This document shows positions 25,190 through 36,359 of a stretch of DNA of 47,462 nt, in pieces (within the stretch, counting starts at the first letter, position 1; each line of letters begins with the position of its first letter). Location: NCBI RefSeq assembly GCF_001194135.2, contig NC_068986.1, forward strand, positions 451,699 to 499,160, written 5' to 3'. This DNA comes from Octopus bimaculoides. Lineage: Eukaryota. A model generated the notes under the pieces. The model searched no databases. It was not told the DNA's origin and was given only the letters and a program-made list of their open reading frames with translations. Position numbers and translations under genes: made by a program.

Positions 25190-25640
25190 ACGTGGCAGCA
25201 ACGGGGAGTCAGGCTTCTGTCGTCCCGAGCATGATTGAACAAAATGAAATGTGCTGCGATGTAAAATTGCTACAGAAATACCAAGATATAGTAAAGAGGG
25301 AGGGGTCAAACGTAAAGTTGACCCCACTTGAGGAAGACAAAGTGAAGATAGAAAACAACCTCTTCCTACGGACACCAACTCTCCCCATACTCTGTCCGAC
25401 CTAAACACAAGCGAAAACACAGAGGAGCCTCAAATTTCCCCACCCCGGCCTTTGGATAAATTTATAATATTATATAACAGAAAAAAGGAAAAACTTTGCA
25501 ACGAGATAAAGACATGGGGCAAAGCAAAAGAAGTGGACGTTTTTTGTGCAGTGGCGGACCCGGAATACGAATTACGAGGAAGAAATTGATTTTGACTAGT
25601 GAGTTACGAAAATGGACACCAGCAAAATACCGAAAAGGGT
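25190..25640 (+). pseudogene. Frameshifted ORF relic, possibly the 5' ORF of a LINE
   Basis: Two abutting open frames, ...CDVKLLQKYQDIVKREGSNVKLTPLEEDKVKIENNLFLR and TNSPHTLSDLNTSENTEEPQISPPRPLDKFIILYNRKKEKLCNEIKTWGKAKEVDVFCAVADPEYELRGRN*, both protein-like in composition. No family motif recognised. Confidence 0.3.
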
Positions 25641-25930
25641 AAGTAATACATATATTTTAAAGGAACTTGACATAGACATTTTCCAAACAAGTGGAAACTA
25701 ACAGTGACAAAAGTACTATCAATGTTAATATAAATTAAAATTTTTAGAAAAATAAAAAAAAAGGTTGTATTAACAGGTTCAATGAAGTCACTCCTAGGTG
25801 GGGACCGAACAGATTCATTTCATCTTTTATTATATTTAAATTCATTCTTTCTATTCGTTTTTTTTTTCTTCTGTTCCCGCCTTCTGCTGTCCCCTCTATG
25901 TAAGGCCTTCATGGACAGTTTCAGGAAATA

Positions 25931-26320
25931 AAGAAGCTTGCTTCTCAACCATATTGTTCCGGGTTTAGTCAAACTACATGGCACCTTGGGAAAGTGTCTT
26001 CTACTATAGCCTCGGACCGACCAAATCTTTGTGAACGGAGTTGGTAGACGGAAACTGAAAGAAGCCCGTTGTGTATATATATATAATGTGTGTGTGTGTG
26101 TTCATATATTTGTGTCTGTGTGTCTATGTTCCTTCAGCATCGCTTAATAACCGATGTTCGTGTGTTTACGTCCCCATATTAGCGGTTCGGCAAAAGAGAC
26201 CGATAGAATAAGGACTAAGCTTACAAAGAATAAGTCCTGGAGTCGATTTGTTCGACAAAAGGTGGTGCTCCAGCATGGCCGCAGTTAAATGACTAAAACA
26301 AGTAAAAGAATAAAAGAATA
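25931..26320 (+). mobile_element. SINE family B, composite full copy with internal (TA)/(TG) microsatellite
   Basis: The 5' module matches 7555-7697, a microsatellite sits at about 26070-26125, the 3' module matches 22921-23103, and the tail is AAAAGAAT repeats. Confidence 0.9.
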
Positions 26321-26384
26321 TGTATTACGGAGATGTACTTGCATAGCAAGTGACCCGATCTGAGATCGTGTGCTGGAACAAAAG

Positions 26385-26866
26385 CAATTGCAGCATGGAC
26401 GGTGTTTATAAGCCATTTAAAAACAAGCAAAATCCGTTAGATTCACTTCAAAATTTAAATTTAATTTGTCAAAATTTTTTAGTCGCTTTGAAACTGCGAC
26501 CTGTTCACTGACAAAAGCCTGTGCTGCATCTGAGAAAGTAACAGTTAGTTCATGTTATATACGTACGTGTGTGTGTATGTATGTATGTATGTATGTGCGT
26601 ATGCACATGTGTATGTATTATGTAAGTATGTACATATATACTTAGGTATATATGTCAGTATTTAGATGTGTAAGTGTGTAGGCGTATCTATCTATCTGTG
26701 TGTGTGTGTACTTGTGAACGTATGTTTATGAACTGATATGTGTATCTGTTGAAGTTGTATATATGACTGTTACTCTGTAACAAATTAAATCTAAACGTTG
26801 ACCTGAATCTAACCGTTTTCCTGCTTTTTTTTAAATGGCTTACAAACACCTTCCACGCTGCAATTG
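26385..26866. repeat. Diverged ~85-bp inverted repeat pair around a TG/TATG-rich spacer
   Basis: 26385-26469 CAATTGCAGCATGGACGGTGTTTATAAGCCATTTAAAAA...GTTAGATTCA...TTTAATTTGT versus 26780-26866 ACAAATTAAA...TGAATCTAAC...TTTTTAAATGGCTTACAAACACCTTCCACGCTGCAATTG. Confidence 0.9.
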
Positions 26867-27237
26867 TATATATACTTCTATAAACCTGTGATGAGTTACT
26901 CCGTTATTTTTCTGTTTATGGAATCTTGCTGGTAGTGGGGAGGGGTTATTTTTGCTGTTCAGTCCCCACATCCATGTACCTCTATTTCATCTATTAATTA
27001 CTTCAGCCTACTGGAGTTATATAGATAGAATGAGGCATGTCAACTCTAGGCTGAAACAGCTGTAAGATATTATCCCATTTTCTGTCACTATATGTAATTC
27101 TTTTAATTACCGATATGTCGCATGTGTTTGTATATTGTAATCATTGTCCTTTTAGTAAACAAATAAAAAAGTACATTGACACAATACAATGTCTGCAAGT
27201 TGATGAATACCACCTATTCCCCTCCATTTCCTTATTG

Positions 27238-27270
<33 letters not shown>

Positions 27271-27444
27271 TAATTGTGTTTTGCTTTTCTGTACTGTAAC
27301 CATCCAATTATTACTGAATGGTTAAAAAATTATTTGTCATTCGTTCGTTCGCAAAATCACATGTGTGTCCTATGGTTGCCTTAAACTGAGAAATGGATTG
27401 GTTTTATATCAGACTCCAAAATATGGACAGTCCTTCTCGCCAGA

Positions 27445-27570
27445 CTTCCGTACAGCTTCCGTCTATCGATCACCTGGGGCTAGAGTAGCAGACATTTGCC
27501 GAAGGTGTCGCGCATTAGGATTGAAATCGATAACTCGTAGTTACAAGGTAACCTTCTTAACCTCACAGTC
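27445..27570 (-). mobile_element. SINE family B 5' module, degraded
   Basis: Reverse complement of the head and of the TAGACGGAAGCTGTACGGAAG segment. Confidence 0.65.
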
Positions 27571-28420
27571 ATTCTATTTCACCTCTTCCCAGTTTGTTCA
27601 TTTGGTACAAGGAGGAATGATCCCCAGGTTATAAAAACTTACTTTTAGATATGTAAGAAAAGCAAACTTGAAAAAAAAAAAACAATTTAGAGATCACTGT
27701 AAGCAAATTTGCTATAAAATATTATCTCATTTTATGTAGTCTCATTGTCCAAGGAAACTTCAGTTATTTCTGTTTGTTAGTATTTACATTTATTCCGCCA
27801 CCAGAACCAAACTTTAATCCGGATTATACTACTTTTATTCTCTTTACATGAGATCTCTAAGAATGTACGAACTGAATAAACTCTTAAGAGAATTGTAATT
27901 AATACCGAATCCCAGTTTAAAAGATTGGATTATTTACGCGATAATGTGTCATTGGTTTTACTGCATTTATGTCCCTCTGAATACACAAAGAATTGCAAAG
28001 TGAAACTTCGGCCGTAAACATAGCTTAGAATTATTTTCCTTTCCGAAATACAACACCGTAGAGATTATAGTATACTGAAAATGTGAAGCTCAAACATAAA
28101 TAAATGTATACATGAATGATAACGTCTGTGACTCGTGGGAAAGGATTCGGGTTGTAGGAAGCTTATCTTGAGATGAGAAGACGTCACGATTTGGTGAGTT
28201 TCTTAATCTCAGTAGATTAGGCGATAAGCAGATATTTGCATAATTTTTTTTTTAAATAAACCAAGTTGCTTGAAATGTCACAGAACTGTCTCAGACATAA
28301 AGGTCAAACAGAGATTAAGCTTGTACTAGCATCTAAAATACCAGTCTCTAATCGTTCATCCGTACATACTGCGATGTTATTGCAAATATGCACAGTCACA
28401 CTCTCACGCACACACAAAAA

Positions 28421-28507
<87 letters not shown>

Positions 28508-28639
28508 TTCAGAGGTAGAGTGCAGAGAAATGCAACGGCAATATTATAATAAGTCCTATGTGTCTACCAAAGACACATTGTCATAGTTCTTATTTCAGCT
28601 TAATTATAATTTTCAACACATTTGAATGGGAGCGATTTC

Positions 28640-29130
28640 TTTGGTTTCAGTAATAATGGGATACAAGTTGGTCACTGACATTATATGACTTCAAATAATA
28701 AGGTGCCGATAAGGTATCGGTAATGGATTTAGCGAATAATCCAAATGTCAGGTTTAAAATAAAATAAAATCACTTTCTGACAAAAGTCACCCAGAAATGG
28801 AACCCGGAGAGATAGCTTGATTGATTTTTTTTTCTAAGAATTATAAAAATATAATTGAAGCCAACCAAAAGATACCGAAATCGCCGTTAGCAATTACCGA
28901 TGCAATGTGGAGAACTGTAACAGATTGGAGCAAAAGTCAAACGAACGAAATCTTTTTATGGTAATCGGTTTCTTTTTGGTTATAAGTTTAAATTGATACC
29001 AGAATAGAATTTTTATGTCTGGATTTGAATAAATGTCAATGCAGGAATCTGCCGAGAAATTTGAAAACACTGCCCCGTTCTGAATTAATATCACAATTGG
29101 TCTTTGGGCATCTTTAGAGAAGTACATCTG
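28640..29130 (-). mobile_element. Possible PLE reverse-transcriptase remnant
   Basis: KDAQRPIV (PLRPIV-like) and SVTNLYPII (DVxxLY-like) on the minus strand. Weak. Confidence 0.2.
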
Positions 29131-29403
29131 GTTTCAAGCATTCGAGCCAGTCACTCCTTTACTAATTAATGAATAATGGTTAAAGATAGAGAGGAAGAGA
29201 AGTAGCAGAATTGGTAAAGCGACGAACAAAACACGTAAATGCGGTATTTAATCATTCTCTTCAAATTTCACGGAGATCAGCTCAATTTTTCAACCTTCAA
29301 GGTTGAATAAGCAGCAGTTAAGTGTTTGAGTCAATACAATAAGCAATATAGCTCTTCAAATACTAATTGTGAGACATTATCATTGAGGATAGATGGATGA
29401 ATG

Positions 29404-29436
<33 letters not shown>

Positions 29437-29599
29437 GCGTGTATGCTTTCTCTTTTTAATTTAAAATTAATTTTAACTTGTCACTTGCTTATGTTGTTCA
29501 CCATTCTTTAAATCTTAAGGTTTTGCAGTTTTTTATTGTCGCAGATATCATGATAATTTGTAGCGTATGAATTAAGAAGTTTCATTCATTCTTTCCCTA

Positions 29600-30460
29600 G
29601 GAATTCACCCGTACTTTACTCTAGATGGATTGGTTCGCATTGTCTGCCGCCAAAAACAATAGATTGAAACTGAGAGAGTATCTTGGGCACTCGATTTTCA
29701 AATTCCTTGTAAATGATCTTTAGAAGTTTTTTTTTCCTGTATTTTTCTCATCACATTGGTGTCCTAAGGGCTGATGTTTCCACAACAAAGCATATTTTTC
29801 TTGCGATCCACAAGAAATATATAGTTGTCTTTTAACTTTGTGTCTTTTTTCAATTTTAGAGTCAGTTTCAGTATTTTCTGGGGGGTTTTTTCCTTATTCT
29901 GTTCCAACATGCCTCATTAAAATATATCTGGAAAACATTTCCTTGCAGTCGGCAACAATATGATTGCTGTCTTCAGTTTTAGTTTGGCTTGTATTTGTTG
30001 TCTGCCAATGTTTTCTGCTTTATATGCTGCGGATATTTGATAGAGATCTCTTGTTCTTGTATTCAATGGAGATAGCCTTCAATGTAGGAGGTCGTAGGCT
30101 TGTCGGTATTCAATACCCAGTTTTTCATTTAACTTATTCATTCGATGGTTTGCGTCTTTCCTGCCAAATACCCATGCACTCATTTTCTTTTTAATTTGTT
30201 GTTTTGATAAATAGAATTTACCAATGCTCCTTGAGGAGAGATCTGTATCAGCTCTCATTTCATGCCTCCCTTCAAATTCATTAGCTATCCGAAATTTCGT
30301 TAATATAGTTATATAGTAAGATAGTTTAGAATTCTAGCTGTGGGAAACTGGAACGCACAACAAAGTGTCCTGGGCGATATGTTTGTTGTTACCGGAGAGT
30401 TCAGACGACCATATTTTTAAAAACTTCCTTGAGATATTCATTCTTTGTTCTCGCATTCTG
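29600..30460 (-). mobile_element. Decayed R4/Dong-like RLE LINE fragment (internally deleted)
   Basis: Minus strand, across frameshifts: KIWSSELSGNNKHIAQ..VPV; VHGYL; TSYIEGYLH*IQEQEISIKY; EDSNHIVADCKEMFSRYILMRH (CCHC knuckle region); then a YIFLVDRKKN...DTNVMRKIQEK endonuclease-like segment. Confidence 0.82.
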
Positions 30461-31078
30461 TCCAAGATATTTATGTTGCTGTACATACATACGTACGTAT
30501 GTATGTATGTATGTATGTATGTATGTATGCATGTATGTATGTATTTAAGTATATTGTATGTATGTATGTTAAAGAAGATATGTACACATGCATGTATGTA
30601 TTGTTAAAGAATATTTATAGGGTACCTAAAGTGGAGGAAAATATCGTAGAGCATTTTAATTTGGAATTAAAATTCTTCATTAAAATAATTCTGGTATTGA
30701 AGAAAACGATACCAGAAATAAACCGAGATCAACTGTTTCAATTTTATACTATTTATCAATAGACCTCTTTCATTTGTTTACACATACGCGATTATAGACA
30801 TCCAAAAGAGACGAAGAGGCGAGAAGCTTGACTTTATTGCTTTTTTATGGAAGTCAAAATGTTTTCTTTATCAAATTTGTTCAATACCTACATGAAATTA
30901 AGTATATAATTTAGGAGAAATAAAATTTAATGCTATGTATAGATTTCTATTGGTCAATAGAGGAATTACATTGCCGAGAACTTACTGTAGTCTTTTAGAC
31001 TTTAGCAGCTGGGATAATTAAGCACACTGAATTTCTACTAATTCTCTATATAATTGTATTAATTTCATCCGCTTTATG

Positions 31079-31200
31079 CAGGCGGCGAACTGGAAGAGTC
31101 GTCAGAGGCGTATTTGTTCCCATTCTTTCTACTCTGAGTTAAAATCCCGCTGATGTCAACTTTGGCTTTTTTATTTTTCGGTGAGGGGCAAGTCAAGAAT
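31079..31200 (+). mobile_element. SINE family A 5' part
   Basis: GGCGGCGAACTGGAAGAGTCG head and CTGAGTTAAAATCCCGCTGATGTCAACTTTGG. Confidence 0.7.
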
Positions 31201-32691
31201 ACAATGCACCTGTCTAGGACAATGATGTATGGATGTGCATAACCGATACCTTGTGGTATCAGCACAGACTCTTTGTATTTTGTGTTCAAGTCCTACCACC
31301 GCCAACATAAGTGATGGCTTAATCCGTCGTCCGGTTGACGACCACCACCTGACACCTTAGGCGCCCTAAGCGGATTCCACTCTGATGCAAGCAATCGAGC
31401 CTGGTCTTCGGTTTAAGGATAGCTTCATCGCTCGCTCGTTCAAGTTGCCGAGGTCTTGGAGTAAGGTTATGAGTACTGGCTTTTCTCCTTGACTAAAACA
31501 TTACAAAATGTGTGTGACATCATTATGGAAGCTATCGCAGATATATCTCAAGAAAAAGTGAAAATTATCTTGAATTGAAAGAGAACTTTATTCACTGTAT
31601 TTAGATGAAGTGACATGTTTTTTCCTATGGAATAGACTAATGTAACTGACAAGGTGAGAGCTAGCTGAAACATCTATAGACAACGCAACGAGTCATATAA
31701 GGCTCAAAAGCCATGCAAGGAGAAACAAGTGTTAATGGTTATAATACGAACTACTTCTGGTTGCAGATTATGGTTTTTTATTTTACTTATTACTGGCGAT
31801 CATCTTTTTTTTCTGAATGAAATATGTCTCTTCCAAGGTAGGATAAAATGCTGCCACAGCAGAAATTTACCTCCAACAGAAAGTAAATAGGCCCGTTGTT
31901 GATTTTAACGTTGTTGATTTTAATGCGCTGCCCGTTTCTAATGACTGCTATGTTTTATCATTAGGTAAATTAATCTCCGCGTCAATTCCGTTCCTATGTT
32001 CTCTCGAAACGATGACATCAAATCTGTTACTTAGTGCTGTATATTTAACTTACCGATGTCTGTCCAAATTGGTAGTCGTCGTTTTTCTTAACAGCAATAA
32101 TGCAGGTTTCCCTACAAGAATTACATTATCAGGAGAATGTTTCTTCAGATAACATAATTTGGTTCGTTTCCTCTCTCTCTCTCTTTCTCTCTCTCTCTCT
32201 TTCTCTCTCTCTCCCTCTCTTTGTTCTTGAAGGTGCCAATTAATCGGAATTTACTGGGATCTTTGAGGGTATAAACTGTAGGTTTCGTAACATTGGCACA
32301 AATTAGTGACTCAAGTAGGAGAAAATATCTTTAAATGTTCTTGTACGTGTCAGCTATTACAACACAGAAATCTTGGATAAATATACTCAGGCTGCTTCAA
32401 CACATGTTGAACATAAAATTTCGGTTGCTTAAGCACGTATTGAAAAATAATACTATGAAATTAAGGCATATAATTTGTTTGCTATTCTTTGACATGTCTG
32501 TTCTGTTTGTTTTCGTTTTTTGTCACATGATAACCTCAAGGCTTCTGAGATAAGTCGGCAGTAGGGTGTGGCACCTAAATTTTTGAAGGGTCTTCGATCG
32601 TTACGAAAATGAGAGTAGGTCACCCTCAGGCCGAAGACCTGGACCAAATACTTACTGTAAGGTGGACTCTGCTAAAAATATCTAAGGTATC

Positions 32692-32836
32692 CAGTTTCTG
32701 TCACCAAATTCTATTCACAAAACATAAGTCAACCTGCAGTAGAAGATGCGTATTCAAACTTTTGTATAGCTGAACCAAGAGTGAAACTGTGTTGTTAAGA
32801 GTCTAACTTCTTTACCACACAGCTATGTCTGTGCCT
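32692..32836 (-). mobile_element. SINE family B 5' module, degraded
   Basis: Reverse complement GGCACAGACATAGCTGTGTGGTAAAGAAGTT...GAATTTGGTGACAGAAACTG. Confidence 0.7.
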
Positions 32837-33639
32837 CCATTATCATTCACATGTACATTATTACGATTGCTATCAAAATAGTTTTTTTTTATTCGGAGTA
32901 AATTCACATTACCAATTCATACAAGCCCATTGTGTAAAATAAAACTAAACGTAACATCTCTCTGCATTGTTTTCTGTGACAATATGAGAAAGAGATAGAT
33001 AGAAAAAATAGAGAGTAAGAGAGGAGGAAAGAGAGAGAGACAGATAATTGAGCTAAGAATGCAAGATGTGCATAACTTTTCTATTGAAGGAGAATTTAAA
33101 TAAGAATAAATATTAAATACCACGACGATATTTTTAAAATATGCAATTAAAGAAAAAGATAAAAACAGCATAAATCGCATTTTTAACGATCAAAATTTGG
33201 ATCAAAGAGTTAATACATTTCTAAATGGAGACTTTAAATGTGGAAGGAAATTATGATTAAAGTAAATAGGAACCATTTTAGCCACATTAAAATTTCAATC
33301 ATAGCCACCACACCCTTTCCTTAAATTTTTCTTACCTTACTCCACTCATATTTTTATGATATTTCAAAACCATGGAGGATAAGTGAACAACAGCAACATA
33401 TTTCTTTCCTTGTCTTCTCGAATAAAGAAAAATTGCAAAATGTAATTTATATTTGTAAGAGTAGGTATTTCTGTATTTGTAAGGTTATGTTGTTAGTTGT
33501 CTCAATCGGTATCGGTCAACTAATCAGGTATCTATACCTTTGCCTGTGGAAATAGTAAAACATAATTAACTCGGGCACCGCTAATAATGTTGGCAAAATT
33601 TCACACACCGAGTTGTGAACAGAATATCTCGGTAGAAAA

Positions 33640-33850
33640 AAGCGGCGAACTGGCACAATCGTTAGCACGCCGGGCAAAATGCTTAGCGACATGTCGTCCA
33701 TCTTTACTTTCTGAGTTCAAATTCTGCCGAGGTCGGCTTTGCCTTTCGAGGTCGACAAAATAAGTATTAGTTGAATACTTCGGGCGATTTAATCGACCAT
33801 CTCCCTTCCCGCGACATGACTGGCCTTGTGTTAAAATTTGAAACCAATAT
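33640..33850 (+). mobile_element. SINE family A
   Basis: GCGGCGAACTGGCACAATCGTTAGCACGCCGGGCAAAATGCTTAGC, B-box GAGTTCAAATTC, tail GGCCTTGTGTTAAAATTTGAAACCAATA. Confidence 0.9.
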
Positions 33851-33854
33851 TATG

Positions 33855-33950
33855 ATAGGAAACGTTTATCTAAGGTACTGAGCACTGAAATCGAATCAGG
33901 AAATACGTAATTACAAAGCAAGCTTCTTAATCATACAGGCATGTCTATGC
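33855..33950 (-). mobile_element. SINE family B head fragment
   Basis: Reverse complement GGCATAGACATGCCTGTATGATTAAGAAGCTTGCTT...GATTCGATTTC. Confidence 0.6.
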
Positions 33951-34566
33951 CCATCGAGTTTTTATAAATATCTTGGTCAGATTCATATTAGATGAAGACC
34001 AATTCTTCAGATTTATTCATCAAAAATCCAAGCTAATAAATATGTAAATGTTGAAGCATGGAGAACCTTGTAATTAATGGTGCATATCTCGAAGCAAACC
34101 CAGCTAGAAATAATACAGGATAGCTTAGACGGAGAAAAAGAAGTGTGACTTCACAGAAATCTTGGTGTATCCTCAAGGAAAATGCTACCGATTACTCGAA
34201 AGCAATCTTTTGTCTTTTCGAGCCATCCATACTAGACGCTTAATCTTCGCGAAAAAGTTTGTTTTTATTTAGAACATAAATATAAAGGTATCAAGTATTA
34301 ATAAGTCTTTATATCATGATGCGAACTCGGCTATAAATACAAGTTTATAACACACTGAATGGATGAAAACAAGTTGGAAAACTGTCTGCCTGCGTTAAAG
34401 GAAATATGTGGTTCAACTCCCGCAGACAGAATTCTGCCATTTTCGTTCCATCCAAGGAATTTTTTGACCAAACATATCATATATATTTTATTATAATTAT
34501 TATAACTGACTTCGCTTTCACATACATCGTTACTAAAGACGTCCTTAAATGCCATTTATATCTTTT

Positions 34567-35117
34567 GGATCTATTTTAAAACGGGGGCCACATTTTTCAT
34601 TAATGTTTTACGTAGTGTTTTTGGTACGGAAAGACTTTCAAACTTCGTATACTTATCTATTTTGTGTTATAGAACAGAAAAATATTTTTGTATTCGAATT
34701 TATTTCATGTAAAAAAATTGTCTTTCAACCAATCACTGACAAGTATTCAGTTGTTTATATTTACTCCTTTGGCTGATTAAGCGATGTAAAGCGTATTTAA
34801 TCTCCATACCTTCGTTTTATTTGCTTTTTTCATTTTAAATTTGCTTTAACCCTAACCCTAACCCTAGGGTTAGGGTTAATTGTTTCAGAATCGTTTGTTT
34901 ATGTAGTCGGCACTTAATGTATATCGGCTGAATGGACGTCAGTGATTGGTTGAAATTACAGAAATACGACAACTTTAACATGGAATAACTTATGGATTTC
35001 TTTTTTTTTTAAGAAGACTAAGAGAAAAAGATGTTTTATATGACACATTCTACCAGTGTTCCAAGTTTCAAAGTGTTTCGTTAATGAAAAATGTGGCCCC
35101 CGTTTTAAAAAAGATCC
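34567..35117. mobile_element. Complete 551-bp MITE, Merlin-like (GG termini, 37-bp TIR, 8-bp TSD), with an internal telomeric-repeat palindrome
   Basis: Left TIR GGATCTATTTTAAAACGGGGGCCACATTTTTCATTAA (34567-34603) and right TIR 35081-35117 are 36/37 identical. TATCTTTT is duplicated at 34559-34566 and 35118-35125. (TAACCC)3 TA (GGGTTA)2 lies at 34847-34878. Confidence 0.92.
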
Positions 35118-35768
35118 TATCTTTTACTGTTCACAATATCTTCTCAAAGTGACAATAAAGTACACTCAAATGATAATTTATACAATTTTTCTTCTTTTAT
35201 CATAAACACCTGCTCAGTTTGTTACAACACAATATTTTATTAGCTCTGTAAATGTGTCATGCAATTTTTATGGCGGTCTTAGTCTCAAAACAAGTTTTTA
35301 TATATCTCTCAGCATATTCTTCCTTCAAAGATGCTAGTAAATGTGGGATAGTTTGTTAGTGCATCGATTTTTCTCTCGTTCTTTGTTTGTTTCTTTTCTG
35401 TGAGAATTCGCAAATTTAAACCATATAACACATAGCTCCAACTATATTTCCCATTACATATTGTCCCGCTTAGTGCGACCGTTCAATGCACAACAAATTT
35501 ATTGACATTTGCTTTACATTCTTTCAATGTCAATAAAATAAGTACGAGTTGAGCAATGATGTCGATATAATTGAGTAACCCCCTCCCCCTAAATTACTAG
35601 CCTTGTTCCAAAATTATTATTGCAGTAGATTGGTTAAAGCGTCCAACAAAATACTTTTCTGTATTGTTCTGGCTAATTCTCAATTCAAATCACCCAAGGT
35701 CAGCTATGCCTTTCATCCCCCCCCCCAGGTACAATAAAATAAATAATCATGCTATTATTATGCTTATT

Positions 35769-35854
35769 AAGGCGACGAGCTGGCAGAATCGTTAGCATGT
35801 CGGACGAAATGCTTAGCGGTAATTCGCCCGTCGTACGTTCTGAGTTCAAATTCT
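35769..35854 (+). mobile_element. SINE family A head only
   Basis: GGCGACGAGCTGGCAGAATCGTTAGC...GAGTTCAAATTC, then unrelated sequence. Confidence 0.85.
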
Positions 35855-36010
35855 GAGACTGCTTTGTTTGGCTATGGGTTTATTTCTTTTGCTTTCTCTG
35901 TTGGGAACACATTTTCTTCGGGCACTGGTTCGCTTAGTAGCATTATTATTAGTAGTAGTAGTAGTAGTATTATTATCATTATTATTATTATTATTATTAT
36001 TATTACTACT

Positions 36011-36160
36011 AAGGCAGCGAGCTGGCAGAGTCGTTAGCGCGCTGAATGAAATGCTTAGCGATATTTCACCCGTCACTGCGTTCTGAGATCAAAATCCGCT
36101 AAGGTCCGCTTTGCCTTTTATCCTTTTGGGGTCGATAAATTAAGTACTAGTGAGCCACTG
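36011..36160 (+). mobile_element. SINE family A, following an (AGT)n/(ATT)n tract
   Basis: Head, B-box-like GAGATCAAAATCC and GGGGTCGATAAATTAAGTACTAG core. Confidence 0.88.
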
Positions 36161-36179
36161 CTTGGTACTGCATCAGGTC

Positions 36180-36341
36180 ATTTATTATTATTAATATTAT
36201 TATTATTATTATTATTCAGTAGTTTTATTTTTATTGCGTGCTTTCACTTCACTACCGAGCGCAGCTCTGTGTGCCTTGGGTATGTGCTGTGGTTTGTTGT
36301 GATGTTCTTATGGTTACTGTATTGAAAGTGTTTTGCGTAGG
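36180..36341 (-). mobile_element. Short 3' end of a second non-LTR element with (AAT)n tail
   Basis: Minus strand LRKTLSIQ* (similar to the HILHKV C-terminus of the neighbouring LINE), a ~120-bp 3' UTR, then (AAT)n. TAA repeats also lie on its 5' side. Confidence 0.55.
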
Positions 36342-36359
36342 ATTATTATTATTATTATA

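Noticed and set aside
34846-34879. Interpretation of the telomeric repeats as a chromosome-fusion scar
   Set aside because: The orientation is (CCCTAA)n then (TTAGGG)n, the reverse of an end-to-end fusion, and the array lies inside a TSD-flanked element.
35846-36086. ORFs with poly-L/V or poly-N/T resembling a membrane or signal peptide
   Set aside because: Translation of (AGT)n/(ATT)n plus a SINE head.
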